Source: Deltaproteobacteria bacterium
GTDB lineage: Bacteria > Myxococcota_A > Polyangia > Fen-1088
NCBI GenBank assembly: GCA_033763315.1
Contig: JANRKS010000001.1
Location: forward strand, 160,001 to 224,000
Length of the DNA: 64,000 nt
Direction: 5' to 3'
A program made the position numbers and the translations under genes. Within the stretch, counting starts at the first letter, position 1. The number at the start of each line of letters is the position of its first letter. The notes beneath the pieces were generated by a model. It worked only from the letters and a program-made list of their open reading frames with translations. It ran no database searches and was not told the origin of the DNA. Shown in pieces: positions 10,379-20,509 of this stretch.

Positions 10379-10996
10379 TCAGCCTTTGGGAAGTGCGTCG
10401 GTGCTCGCGGCGTCGTTCCCGGTCGTTTGAGCGTCAAGCTTGATCGCGGCGTCTACGGCGTTGGCATCCGGCGCCCCTGCGTCCGCCTCGCCCACGCCGC
10501 AGGGGGCGTCTTGTTCACGATCAGCTTTGTCAGGGCAATCGTCGATCACATCGGGGACTTCATCGCGATCCTTGTCGGCGAGGCGGCCCCACTTGATCAA
10601 CACATCGACTTTGATCTGTTTGCCTGCTTGTGCCACCGGAAGCACGGCGGCGTATTCACCCAACGTATCGAACTCACGTCGCGCACGAACCCACAGCCGC
10701 CGCGGTTTATCGAACCCATCCTCCACTTCCATGGCCAGCGTCAGCAGCTGATTGCCCGGCTGATACGAAAGTGTTTTGCCTGGGCCAGGATAGACGAAAT
10801 CTTTTAAGCAATAACCGGAGGGCTTAAAGCAATTCACACTCACGGCACTGGGCAGCTGGTCTTCGGGTGGTTCGCTGCGAATGTCGAGCAGATACCCCGT
10901 AGGATCCGACTTGCCACACGCCAACGGCAGCGACGCCAAAGCCGCCGTCACAACCACGCTTTTGCCAAGCGCGCGCCGAAAAGAACTGCTGCGCAT
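10379..10996 (-). CDS. Lipoprotein with thrombospondin type-3-like Ca-binding repeat
   Basis: Lipobox LPLAC and motif DKDRDEVPDVIDDCPD. The start could be 11035. Confidence 0.7.
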   Translation of the reverse strand: MRSSSFRRALGKSVVVTAALASLPLACGKSDPTGYLLDIRSEPPEDQLPSAVSVNCFKPSGYCLKDFVYPGPGKTLSYQPGNQLLTLAMEVEDGFDKPRRLWVRARREFDTLGEYAAVLPVAQAGKQIKVDVLIKWGRLADKDRDEVPDVIDDCPDKADREQDAPCGVGEADAGAPDANAVDAAIKLDAQTTGNDAASTDALPKG

Positions 10997-11019
10997 AAAA
11001 GATCGCCCGTGCCCCACGT

Positions 11020-12204
11020 TTAGTTCGCTGGACATTCAACCTTCATGAACCAGCGCGGTCCCTCGGGTGCAGCAACGGTGGTGCCTTCGCGGTATGTGGC
11101 GTAAAATGCGTTTTGCAAAGGCCACGTTGATACGGGGCCCACGGCGCCTTTGTTTGAGGGCAGCTTGAGTTCATCACCCACGTGCGCGCCGAACGCATTA
11201 AACAACCACACCTGCGGGCCCTGCTTGACGCCAAAGGTGACGGCCATATCAAAGCCCATTGAGGCAACGCCTGATACGGGCGGCTGATCATCGGGCGAGC
11301 CAAAGCGAATCGCGCCCGCGACGAAGTTGCCACTGACGGAGCTTGAAGCAATGTCGTAGTCGGTCACCCACGTGCCTTGTTTGGTTTGCCAACCGATGAG
11401 GTAGCCGCGGTCGGTGGGCGACACCGTGGGGCACGACACTTCTTCCGTTGAAAGGCTGACGTTGTAGCGAGCGGAGGCGCTGTCGTTGTCGCGGTGATCT
11501 TCAACCACGAACCAGGGCTTCGGCGAATTTGAGGGTTTGTAGCGCACCCACGACAGACTCCAATCCAGGCGGCTGGGCACGAACTGCAGGCATTGCCACA
11601 CCTCGGGCGCATCCATCGTTATCGCTGGCCCTACGGCGGCCGCGTTGGCACCCAACGTGATCGTTTCGATTTTTGTGCCGGGCTGATCAGCAAAGGCCCA
11701 CGCCACCAGCGCGCGTTGGCCCGTGCGCGAGCTGCCAACCGCGGTGCGAATGTCGGCGAGCTTTACGCCGGCGGGCAGCGCTTTGATCAGCACGGGGCCA
11801 GCGGCCGCTTCGCCCGCCACCTGGGTGAGCGCGTGCAGTTCAATTTGCATTTCTGCGTTCAACACGCCGTACACAACCACCAGCTGATCGCCGGGTGTGG
11901 CCCGCGCGGTTACCGCCAAGCGCGGTGCAATCACCGGTGTTTCCGTGATCGTCAAGGTGGATGCAGCGCCCGCCACGCCCGCGGCCGTGACGGGGGCCCA
12001 GCTCACATTCATGCCCGCGATGCCAGCCAACACGAAGTCTTTTCCAGCGGGAAGCAGCGAAGCGTCGGCCATCATCGTGGCGGCGTTTTCCGCCAGAGCT
12101 TTGGGTTCGCGGTAAACGCATTTGACGGGCTTATCTGAAGTGCAGCCAGCGGCAGCGCCCCATCCCACAAACCCCACGAGCGCTAAAACCAAGCGTGATG
12201 TCAT
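11020..12204 (-). CDS. Hypothetical lipoprotein, beta-rich (propeller-like)
   Basis: ATG 12204 gives MTSRLVLALVGFVGWGAAAGC (lipobox). The chain is beta-strand-rich with a terminal Cys. Confidence 0.7.
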   Translation of the reverse strand: MTSRLVLALVGFVGWGAAAGCTSDKPVKCVYREPKALAENAATMMADASLLPAGKDFVLAGIAGMNVSWAPVTAAGVAGAASTLTITETPVIAPRLAVTARATPGDQLVVVYGVLNAEMQIELHALTQVAGEAAAGPVLIKALPAGVKLADIRTAVGSSRTGQRALVAWAFADQPGTKIETITLGANAAAVGPAITMDAPEVWQCLQFVPSRLDWSLSWVRYKPSNSPKPWFVVEDHRDNDSASARYNVSLSTEEVSCPTVSPTDRGYLIGWQTKQGTWVTDYDIASSSVSGNFVAGAIRFGSPDDQPPVSGVASMGFDMAVTFGVKQGPQVWLFNAFGAHVGDELKLPSNKGAVGPVSTWPLQNAFYATYREGTTVAAPEGPRWFMKVECPAN

Positions 12205-12304
12205 TTCGTTCCCCAGGTCAGCAAGCCAAGATAGGCGAGCGCCAGTGTATCCGAGGTCGCGGCGTTTTCGCCATTTCGGAATGTGCATGCCTTGGTTGGT
12301 CCAC

Positions 12305-13453
12305 CTAAACGCCGTAATGCAGATCCGTCAGCGCGGCGTCCATCACGGCCGGACGGAGGGCACGAAAACGGGCGTCGTCCCGCACCACGGGGTGCACCCG
12401 GTTCGACAGCATCACCACAAACGTTTGGCGGCGGGGGTCGACCCACACCGAACACCCCGTAAAAGCCAAGTGCCCCACCGCGCGGCGATCGATCAAACGC
12501 CCGGCCAACGAGGCGCCCGGGCTGGGCCGATCCCACCCCAGGGCCCACGTGCTGGGGGGCGGCGCTTCAAAGGCCCAAAACCGCTGCAGGATCGCGGGCT
12601 CAATCGGATCGTCGGGCTGCGGGGCGTCTGCGTGCGAGCGCAACAAGCTGGCAAGCAGCGCAGCCACGTCGTGGGCCGTGCCGAACAGGCCCGCGTGACC
12701 GGCCACGCCGCCCATCAGCCACGCGTTCTGGTCGTGCACCTGCCCCACCAAAAGCCGGCCCCGCCAAGCACAGTCCTCTGTGGGCGCCACGTTGCTGATC
12801 TGTGCTGGGTCGACGCCAAAACGCAGGGAGCGCAGCTGCAAAGGCAGGGCGATTTGCCGCTCAAACGCCACGTCTAACCGTTGCTCCAATACAAGCTCAA
12901 GGATGTGCCCAAGCGCGATGAACCCGAGATCGGAATACACACTTCGCGCGCCCGGAAGCGCCTGCAGCGGGGTGTTTTGCAGCTGTTCGATGAGTGCCGA
13001 GCGAAGTGCTGGGGCCGGATCGCCCGGGTGCACCTGGGGCAACAGCTGTTCGTAGAATTTGGCGTGCGCAGGCCAGCCGGACGTATGGCTGAGCAAATGT
13101 TCAACGGTCACGCCCTTGGGCGCGCGCGGAAGCCACCTGGTCACGGGCAAGGCCAAGTCGAACTTTGAGGCGTCACACGTGGCCACGGCCCGCATGGCCA
13201 ACAGGCTGGTCGCCAGCGCCTTGGTCAAAGACGCCAAATCATAGACGGTTGCATCGCTGACCGGTGTGACCGGCGCCGAGGCGGCATCGCCATAGACCCG
13301 CCCAAAATTGCACGTGGTCTTCGCGTGGCCGTGGCTCACGCAAACGGCCATGCCAGGCACCACGCCGCAAGCGATGGCCTCGTCAGCCACGTGCCGCAGA
13401 TTCGGGAAAGCCTGTTCGCCCCAAGCCGTCATGACACGCCGCTCTTGCACCAC
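12305..13453 (-). CDS. Serine hydrolase, beta-lactamase class C/PBP-like family
   Basis: SxxK motif (DLASLTK), LLSHTSG, YSDLGF, GQVHDQNA, GHAGLF and GHLAFTG. Confidence 0.9.
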   Translation of the reverse strand: MVQERRVMTAWGEQAFPNLRHVADEAIACGVVPGMAVCVSHGHAKTTCNFGRVYGDAASAPVTPVSDATVYDLASLTKALATSLLAMRAVATCDASKFDLALPVTRWLPRAPKGVTVEHLLSHTSGWPAHAKFYEQLLPQVHPGDPAPALRSALIEQLQNTPLQALPGARSVYSDLGFIALGHILELVLEQRLDVAFERQIALPLQLRSLRFGVDPAQISNVAPTEDCAWRGRLLVGQVHDQNAWLMGGVAGHAGLFGTAHDVAALLASLLRSHADAPQPDDPIEPAILQRFWAFEAPPPSTWALGWDRPSPGASLAGRLIDRRAVGHLAFTGCSVWVDPRRQTFVVMLSNRVHPVVRDDARFRALRPAVMDAALTDLHYGV

Positions 13454-13570
13454 CGGGCGCCTGATTCATCGGCCACTCGCGAACTTCCGCGACGAATGTG
13501 GCTTTGAGCGCTGGGAGATGTCGTTTTTTGTAGGTACACTGGTGTTCCCATTTTTGCCCGGCACCCGCGC

Positions 13571-15790
13571 GTGAACGTGAATCCTTCGACGAGATTGGGC
13601 GCCTATGAGCTGCTCGAACGTATCGCTGTTGGCGGTATGGCGGAAGTTTACCGCGGCCGCGCCGTGGGCGAAGGCGGCTTTGAGAAGATGGTGGCCATCA
13701 AGCGGATTCTGCCGCACATGGCCCGCGACGATCGCTTCGTCAGCATGATGGTGCAAGAAGCACGCATCCAAGCGGGGCTTCACCACCGCAACATCGTTCA
13801 GATTCATGATCTGGGCGTGTCCGATGAAGGCGAGTACTTCATCGTTCTTGAATACGTCGATGGCCGCGACCTTGGCGCGCTGATGGAAGTGATGTCGAAG
13901 GCGCGCAAACAAGGCAGCCGCATCGGTGATGCCGTGGCCTTGCACATTGTCATCGAAGTGGGCGAGGGCCTGCAATGCGCGCACGAGTCCATGGACGCCA
14001 ACGGCCAATCTGCGGGATTGGTTCACCGAGATATCTCTCCATCCAACGTTCTTATCTCGTACGCGGGCGAGGTGAAACTTTCTGATTTTGGCTTGGCCAA
14101 ACGGCAAAACGATCAATCGGTTGTGGGATCGCTCAAAGGCAAGCTGGCTTATATGTCGCCCGAACAGGCGCGACGTTGGCCGCTTGATCACCGCACGGAT
14201 ATCTTCGCGCTCGGCGCTGTGTTGTTCGAGTTGCTCACCGGCCGCCGGCTGCGTGACATTGAAGACGAAACGGTGGGGTGGCCGCTGGTGGCCTCAGGCG
14301 TGATGACCTCGCCGCGCAGCGCCCGGCCCGACATTCCTGCGGTGCTGGAGCGGTTGCTCGAACGCGCGCTGGCGCCGGACGCCAAGGATCGTTTTGCCGA
14401 TGTGGCTTCGTTCGTGGCGGCCGCGCGCCAAGCGTTGGAACAACTGCCGCGCGCACGCAATGGCGAGGCGGCGGAGCTCCAGTCGGTGTTGCGGTCCGTT
14501 TTGCCGCCGGGCGCGCCGCGGCCCGAGCTGCCCGAAAGCCGCGTGATTCGTTTGCACTCGGCGTTTGCCGATCCAAGCGAACGACAAGTGGATATGGGTG
14601 CCACACGACCGGCGGTGCTCACCATGCGCAAGCGGTCAACGCCCCCTCCGCCTCCGCTGCCATCACCGGCTCCCCAGGCCGAGGTTTCCGTGCGCGCCTC
14701 GAAGCCCACGCTGCGGGGCACGCCGCCGGTGCCATTGGTTCCGCCGCCCACTCCGGTGCCCCCGCCGTCGCAGGCCCAAAGCTCCCCCTTGACCGCGTTT
14801 CCGCCGGCGCCGGCTCACGGCATCAATGGCAATGGCGCGCGGCTGACTCCGAACAGCGCCGCGGTGGCGCGTCCGCGTGCCGCCACGCCCAGCCATCTGC
14901 GCGTGCCAGCCGACGATCTTGTTCCCGTGGCTGGGGAGCTGGCCTCGCCTCCGCGTGCCGATCGGCCGGTGGTGTCCGCGCCACTGGCGGTGGCTTTGCC
15001 AGCGGCTTCGGCGCCTCGGCCCACCCTGCCGCCGCCACGCGCGCCTGGATTAACGGCACCGCTGGCCGTCGTTGAAGCGGCAAGCACCGCAGCACTGTCG
15101 CGCAATGGTGCGGTCACCGGCCTGGATCCGGCGTCCGTGACGCCACGGCTGGCGCCTGCGTCTTTCACATATCCCGGCGCCACGTTGCCGCCGTTGCTGA
15201 TCAAACCGGCGCGGCACCGTTGGGCAGGTGTGTTTGGGTTGGCCTGCGCGCTGTTGTTGGCCGTGCATTTTTTGGTGGTGCCGATTCAAGTGCTGCTTCG
15301 TTGGGGGCAGCCCGCCAAGCTTGTGGTGCAATCATTGCCAGAAGGCGTGCGCGTGGTGCTGGACGGCCACGAACTGCCGCGCACGACGCCCACATTCATC
15401 AACGTGCCTCGCGATCGAAAGCGGCACGTGTTGTTGTTCTCAAAGCAGGGCTACGAAACGGTGTCGCACGTGATGCGGTTCGATCGAGCGGTTCGGCTGA
15501 TGGTGAAAGCCACGTTGCCGCCCGTGGCAAAACGCAGCTTCGAGCCTTTGGCCCCTCCGAAAGTGAACGCTGCACCCGTGGCGGTTGAAGTCCCGCCACC
15601 GGCGCCCCCTGCGGCGGGTGGCGCCCCTGCGGCCGCGGATGCACTGGTTCCGGCGGCTGCGGCTGCCGTGGTCGCCGAAAAACCCGCGCCTCGCAAGCTG
15701 TCGTTGCGCCTAACGAACAAAGAACGCTTGGCCAAAGCGCGTGCGCGCGCACGCGCCAAGCAAGCCCGCGCCGCTCGACACACCCAATAG
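13571..15790 (+). CDS. Hanks-type Ser/Thr protein kinase with TM helix and PEGA-like domain
   Basis: GGMAEVY, VAIK, HRDISPSN, DFG and YMSPEQ motifs. Long Pro-rich linker, TM helix, then SLPEGVRVVLDG...TP (PEGA-like). Confidence 0.92.
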   Translation: MNVNPSTRLGAYELLERIAVGGMAEVYRGRAVGEGGFEKMVAIKRILPHMARDDRFVSMMVQEARIQAGLHHRNIVQIHDLGVSDEGEYFIVLEYVDGRDLGALMEVMSKARKQGSRIGDAVALHIVIEVGEGLQCAHESMDANGQSAGLVHRDISPSNVLISYAGEVKLSDFGLAKRQNDQSVVGSLKGKLAYMSPEQARRWPLDHRTDIFALGAVLFELLTGRRLRDIEDETVGWPLVASGVMTSPRSARPDIPAVLERLLERALAPDAKDRFADVASFVAAARQALEQLPRARNGEAAELQSVLRSVLPPGAPRPELPESRVIRLHSAFADPSERQVDMGATRPAVLTMRKRSTPPPPPLPSPAPQAEVSVRASKPTLRGTPPVPLVPPPTPVPPPSQAQSSPLTAFPPAPAHGINGNGARLTPNSAAVARPRAATPSHLRVPADDLVPVAGELASPPRADRPVVSAPLAVALPAASAPRPTLPPPRAPGLTAPLAVVEAASTAALSRNGAVTGLDPASVTPRLAPASFTYPGATLPPLLIKPARHRWAGVFGLACALLLAVHFLVVPIQVLLRWGQPAKLVVQSLPEGVRVVLDGHELPRTTPTFINVPRDRKRHVLLFSKQGYETVSHVMRFDRAVRLMVKATLPPVAKRSFEPLAPPKVNAAPVAVEVPPPAPPAAGGAPAAADALVPAAAAAVVAEKPAPRKLSLRLTNKERLAKARARARAKQARAARHTQ

Positions 15791-15793
15791 CGT

Positions 15794-16249
15794 TCAACGG
15801 GCTGAGCGCGGCGGTTCATTTGCGGCCGCTGTCGTGGGTTTGTTGTCGCACCGGCACGGGCACGTGGTGTTTTGTGCACCCGGCAACGTTGCCGCTTCTG
15901 CATGTGGTGCCGTGCCTTGTGCCGTGGCGACGCTTGGGCCTGTGATGGTGAGGAACGGCCGCAAGCGCGCCAGCGTCTTCGTGCCGAAGCCCTTGACCCG
16001 CACCAATTCTGCGATCGTTCGAAAGGGCCTTCGGGCGCGGTGATCCACAATGCGTTTCGCTTTGCTTGGCCCCACACCCGGCAGCAAGCTGAGCTCATCC
16101 GCTGTCGCCGTGTTGAGGTTCACCAAGCCACTGAAGGGCGGGCTTGCATACCCAGTGGACGTGCACCAAGCGAGCGCCGCCATTGCAAACGCAAGCGCGA
16201 ATACATAACGTTTAAGTCGCAGCAAAGTCGATTGATTTTGTTTTTTCAT
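15794..16249 (-). CDS. comEA: ComEA-family helix-hairpin-helix DNA-binding protein
   Basis: Signal peptide followed by VNLNTATADELSLLPGVGPSKAKRIV...LVRVKGFG. Confidence 0.85.
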   Translation of the reverse strand: MKKQNQSTLLRLKRYVFALAFAMAALAWCTSTGYASPPFSGLVNLNTATADELSLLPGVGPSKAKRIVDHRARRPFRTIAELVRVKGFGTKTLARLRPFLTITGPSVATAQGTAPHAEAATLPGAQNTTCPCRCDNKPTTAAANEPPRSAR

Positions 16250-16360
16250 ACCCGCTTATCGGAGCCAGGCCGTACAAGTTGCTAACGAAGTTACGACTTG
16301 GTGTGCGAATCACTGCGGGTTTGGGCCCACGTGTGATGAGTTCTAGATTCGCTGGGGCGG

Positions 16361-18748
16361 ATGTGTTGTTATGGGACCCTTGTGTCGTCGCGAGCGGTGC
16401 TGTTTTTAGTTCGTGGCTGGCGGTCTGCTGCCATTTTTTTATTGGCGTTGGCGGCTGCGGTTTGGCTTCACCATGTGTTTGCCGCCGTTGTTCCCAGCGC
16501 CTCATGGCTGGCGTGGGACTTGTTGCGGTTGTGGGCGTGGCAGCTCGTGTTAAGCGCCGCGTGTGTCAGCGCTGGCGTGGCGGTGTTGGCGTGGGCCGAT
16601 GCAAAAGAAGGCGCCTCATGGGAGGTCATGGCCTTGGGCTTCCCGATCGGGCTGGTCATATTCTCCGTGGGCTTTTATCTGCTTGGATACGTGCGCGGGT
16701 TTGTGCCATGGGTGGCGGTGGCGTGGCCTGTGTTGCTGATCGTGTGTGGCGCGCGGTCGCTGTGGTTACAACTGCGGGCCCCACAGCCTGAACAAGCCGC
16801 TGCGCTAACGCGCGCTTTATCGCTGCAGCTTGTGATGTGGCTGTGCGGGGGCATGGGCGTGGGCTTGGCGTACCTAGGCGTGTTGTCTCCCGACAGCATC
16901 AACTACGACGCGGCGTGGATGCATCTTGTGATCGCGCAAGACTACGCGCGTGCAGGCCGCGTGATCCCCTTCTATGGCGATTGGGTTAAAAGCGTTCCGC
17001 ATCTCGCAAGCGTGTTGCACACGTGGGATTTCGTTGTGCCCGGCCTCGGCCAGGCAAAGCCACTGCGCTGGATGATGTCGCTGCACACCGAGTTCACGGT
17101 GTTCGTATGGACGCTGGTGGGCATCGCGGCGGCCGTAAACATGGTTGTGGGCCGTGTGGTTCGTGGGGCGTGGACGGCCATGTTCTTGTTCCCTGCGATC
17201 TTGGCGTACGACAGCAACATGGGCGGCGCGGCCGATCACATTTTGGCGGTTTTCGCTGTGCCTTTGGTGTGGTTCGGCATGCTCGTGGCGAAACGCTTTG
17301 CCTGGAGGTTGTGCGCGGTGTGGGGCTGCGTGGCGGGTGGGGCTTTGCTGGTGAAGTTGCAAGCCGTGTATGTGATCGCGCCGGTGGCGTCGTATCTGTG
17401 CGTATGCTGGCTTGTGCATGTGTGGCGATTGTGGCGCGGGGGCGCCTTGCGCGCGCGCGTGGTCGCAGCGTTGTTTGTTCGGCTTGCCACCATGCCTGTG
17501 CTGGCCATGGTTGTGTTCGCCGTTCACGCGTTGCCCAATTGGCTTGTGCACCACAATCCGCTTTACCCATTGGCGCAGGACATTTTCGTTCACAGCCGGC
17601 CGCGCGTGGCGGGCGCCGTCACACAAGTGAAATATTTGTTTGGCGACTGGCAAGCGCATCCGCCGGCTGAGCTCGGCACGCGACTCATTGAAGCGGTTAA
17701 ACTTTTGTGGTCGTTCTCGTTTACGCCGCACTATTCGTTTCAAAAGAACGTTCCCATCACCGGTTCACTGTTCACCCTGTGTTTGCCCTTCTTGTTGTTC
17801 GTTCGCGCGAATCGTCGGGTGTGGTCGCTGGCGGGGTTCGCTTTGGCAGCGGTGTTTGCGTGGGCGATGACCTACTGGGTTGATCGCAATTTGCAGGTGT
17901 TCATGCCCTTGCTGGTGGTGGTTACGGCCGTGTTGTTGTGTTTGGCGTGGCAAACGGGGCGGGTGGCCAAAGCGGGTGTGGTGGTGTTGGTGGCGATGCA
18001 GCTTGTGGCGGCGGGCGACGTTTGGTTCAGCGGCATGGATCGCATCCACGGCGCCATCACTTTGATTCGCAGCTCCGCCGAAGCGCGGGCTGACCGCCGC
18101 TATGCAACCTACCGCGCGCCATACATCACGTTGGGCGAAGCGCTGCCGCCCAAAGCCGTGGTGTTGTTGCACAACGAGCACGGCTCGCTCGGCATTGATC
18201 GCAAGGTGCTGATCGACTGGGCCGGCTTTCAAGGTCTGATCGACTACCGCACCATGAACAGCGTGCGCGACTTATGGAACACCTATAGGCGCCTCGGTGT
18301 GACGCACGTGGTGTTTGGTCCCACGCTGCACGCGGCACCTAGCAAGCAAGAAGAGGTTCTGTTCGCCGTCTTCTCGCGCCTGTTTGGCGCGGATACGAAA
18401 TACTACGGCGGCCTGCAAATGTTTCCTTTGCCGCCGAACCCGCCCTCGGCGCAAGCTCTCAAGGTGGGCGTCCTGGCGGTGGGTGGCGTGCCCGACGGCG
18501 TTTACGATGTGCGTGAACTTGGCCACCTCGACGCGCTGCCCCCGCAATTCTGGGTGCCGCCCCAGCCCCTGCTCGCCACCGCGGATCCGGCGCCTGTGCT
18601 TGCCCAATCGGATGCGGTCATCGTGGGCAACAATGTGTCTGCCGAACTGAACGTTAAGCTGGCAGATGCCTGGCAAGCCCTGGTGTATACGCCGGGCTAC
18701 CGGGTTTTTGCGCGGCGGAGCTTGGCAGCGGCGCGGCCTGGACCCTAG
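16361..18748 (+). CDS. Polytopic membrane protein, probable GT-C-fold glycosyltransferase
   Basis: More than 12 hydrophobic helices, acidic YDAAWMHL in the first large loop, HHNPLYP motif and a soluble C-terminal domain. Start uncertain. Confidence 0.65.
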   Translation: MCCYGTLVSSRAVLFLVRGWRSAAIFLLALAAAVWLHHVFAAVVPSASWLAWDLLRLWAWQLVLSAACVSAGVAVLAWADAKEGASWEVMALGFPIGLVIFSVGFYLLGYVRGFVPWVAVAWPVLLIVCGARSLWLQLRAPQPEQAAALTRALSLQLVMWLCGGMGVGLAYLGVLSPDSINYDAAWMHLVIAQDYARAGRVIPFYGDWVKSVPHLASVLHTWDFVVPGLGQAKPLRWMMSLHTEFTVFVWTLVGIAAAVNMVVGRVVRGAWTAMFLFPAILAYDSNMGGAADHILAVFAVPLVWFGMLVAKRFAWRLCAVWGCVAGGALLVKLQAVYVIAPVASYLCVCWLVHVWRLWRGGALRARVVAALFVRLATMPVLAMVVFAVHALPNWLVHHNPLYPLAQDIFVHSRPRVAGAVTQVKYLFGDWQAHPPAELGTRLIEAVKLLWSFSFTPHYSFQKNVPITGSLFTLCLPFLLFVRANRRVWSLAGFALAAVFAWAMTYWVDRNLQVFMPLLVVVTAVLLCLAWQTGRVAKAGVVVLVAMQLVAAGDVWFSGMDRIHGAITLIRSSAEARADRRYATYRAPYITLGEALPPKAVVLLHNEHGSLGIDRKVLIDWAGFQGLIDYRTMNSVRDLWNTYRRLGVTHVVFGPTLHAAPSKQEEVLFAVFSRLFGADTKYYGGLQMFPLPPNPPSAQALKVGVLAVGGVPDGVYDVRELGHLDALPPQFWVPPQPLLATADPAPVLAQSDAVIVGNNVSAELNVKLADAWQALVYTPGYRVFARRSLAAARPGP

Positions 18749-18770
18749 CGGGCGCGCACCGACGCGAATG

Positions 18771-18799
18771 TTTGAGCCGTTTGGTGGGTCTGCCGACAG
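18771..18799 (+). promoter_or_regulatory. Putative ECF promoter, cassette 1 (TGAGCC-N15-CGACAG), upstream of the sigma gene
   Basis: TTTGAGCCG at 18771-18779 and CGACAG at 18794-18799. The same motif and spacing recur at 22573-22601. Confidence 0.7.
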
Positions 18800-18818
18800 T
18801 TGATAGGTAGGTCCGCCC

Positions 18819-19397
18819 TTGGCGTCTCAACGCAATATTCCGTCCCACTTGTCGCTGGTGAAACCACATGCGGCTTCGCAAGCTCCGTTGCCTCAAGGCC
18901 CCGTGACGTTGGATTCCCTTTATCGGCAACATGCGGCCTTCGTCGCACGGCTGGCGCTGCGCCTGTTGGGGCGGGAAGCGGATGTGGATGATGTGGTGCA
19001 CGACGTGTTCATTGATCTCTCGCGCCAATTGGCGACGCTTGAAAATCCCGAAGAGCTGCGCGGTTGGCTGACCACGGTCACGGTGCGCGCCAGCCGTCGG
19101 CGCTTGCGTCGCGCACGGCTACGCTTCTGTGTGGGGTTGGACACGGTCACCGATTACGAAGCCTTGGTGGCAGATACGGCGTCGCCCGAACAAACGGCAT
19201 TCTTGAAAAACGTCTATCACCTGATGAACAAACTTCCCGCAGATCAGCGCTTGGCGTGGACCTTGCGGCACATCGAAGGCGAGACGTTAGAGACGGTGGC
19301 GTTGCGGTGTGAGATGTCTTTGGCAACAGCAAAACGTAAAATTGCCTCCGCAAACGAGCGGTTGCGGAAGGGGTTGGCGGCATGGATCGATTCTTAG
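18819..19397 (+). CDS. ECF RNA polymerase sigma factor (cassette 1)
   Basis: Region 2: LYRQHAAFV...DVDDVVHDVF...LRGWL. Region 4: LPADQRLAWTLRHIEG...SLATAKRK. TTG start. Confidence 0.9.
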   Translation: MASQRNIPSHLSLVKPHAASQAPLPQGPVTLDSLYRQHAAFVARLALRLLGREADVDDVVHDVFIDLSRQLATLENPEELRGWLTTVTVRASRRRLRRARLRFCVGLDTVTDYEALVADTASPEQTAFLKNVYHLMNKLPADQRLAWTLRHIEGETLETVALRCEMSLATAKRKIASANERLRKGLAAWIDS

Positions 19398-20494
19398 ACA
19401 AACTAAAGGATGCCAAACAGCATCTCGCCGAGCCTGCATGGAATGAGGCGCGCGCGCGTGCTGTGTTGCTGCGGGTTAAGCAGGCACGAGCGCCGCGCTT
19501 GAAAGCCGCGCGTTGGCTGCCGTTCGTGATGGCCCCGGCTGTGGCGGCTGTGTTGGTGTGGCTTGCCTTTGTGGCCAAGGGTCCTGCGATGCCAACCACG
19601 TTGGTGATGCACGATGGATCACGCGCGCTGCCGCTGACGCCGCTCACGCGCTTACACCTGGTGGGTGACGAGGCCAGCAGCGCTTTGCTTGATCTTGAAG
19701 AAGGCCACGGCCGTTTTGAAGTTGTTCCCAACCGGGCCCGCCGCTTTCGGGTGGTTGCGGGCGCCTATTCTGTGGAGGCCTTGGGCACCGTGTTTACTGT
19801 GAACCGATTGCCAGCGGGCGGCGTTCACGTCGCCGTCTTGATCGGCCACGTCATGGTGCGCTGGCCAGGCGGCGCGCATGAACTTTGGCAGGGGCAAGAG
19901 CAGCGGTTCCCGTTGGCTTTGGCACCTGTGGCTGCGGCTGCGCCAACCCCGGCGCGCTTGGAGCAAACAACGGAATCACCTTCGCTTCCCGAACCGACGC
20001 CGCGTGCACACAAAGCCACACCGACGACGTCTCACGTGGTCGATTGGCGACAACTGGCGCGGCAAAAGTCTTTCACCCGTGCTTTTGAAGCCATGCGCGC
20101 CTCTGGCGTTCAGGCGGTTCGCGATGTGCCTCAGGAGTTGCTGCTGGCCGCTGACGTCGCTCGGCGCGCGGGGCATCCTGAAGTTGCCAGCGCGCACCTT
20201 ACGCGCATCTTGCAAGCCCACAGAAGCGATCCGCGTGCGTCGGTGGCCGCCTTCACGCTGGGGCGCGTGTACGCACAACAGGGTCAGTCCCTTGCGGCTG
20301 CCGAGACGTTTGAGAGTGCCTTCGCTTTGGAACCCAAGGGCGCTTTGGCCGAAGACGCCCTCGCGCGCGCCGCCTTCGCCTGGAAAGCCAGCGGCAATCA
20401 AGCGCGGCTGCGTGCGGCCGTCGCGAGTTATCTGCAACATTTCCCGAAGGGGCATCAGGCGGAGGCGCTTGGACGTCTGGTGTCGGTGCCTTAA
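19382..20494 (+). CDS. FecR-domain anti-sigma factor with C-terminal TPR-like domain (cassette 1)
   Basis: TM helix and FecR motifs (DGS, LEEGHGRFEV, VEALGTVFTV, VAVLIGHV). Pro linker, then a helical TPR ending YLQHFPKG. Overlaps the sigma gene stop. Confidence 0.85.
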   Translation: MDRFLDKLKDAKQHLAEPAWNEARARAVLLRVKQARAPRLKAARWLPFVMAPAVAAVLVWLAFVAKGPAMPTTLVMHDGSRALPLTPLTRLHLVGDEASSALLDLEEGHGRFEVVPNRARRFRVVAGAYSVEALGTVFTVNRLPAGGVHVAVLIGHVMVRWPGGAHELWQGQEQRFPLALAPVAAAAPTPARLEQTTESPSLPEPTPRAHKATPTTSHVVDWRQLARQKSFTRAFEAMRASGVQAVRDVPQELLLAADVARRAGHPEVASAHLTRILQAHRSDPRASVAAFTLGRVYAQQGQSLAAAETFESAFALEPKGALAEDALARAAFAWKASGNQARLRAAVASYLQHFPKGHQAEALGRLVSVP

Positions 20495-20509
20495 TCTAAA
20501 TGTATAGGT

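Noticed and set aside
9575-10807. Long antisense and alternate-frame ORFs (for example 9575-10807, 31204-32088, 36071-36907)
   Set aside because: These are shadow ORFs typical of high-GC DNA. They lie opposite well-supported genes and show no motifs.
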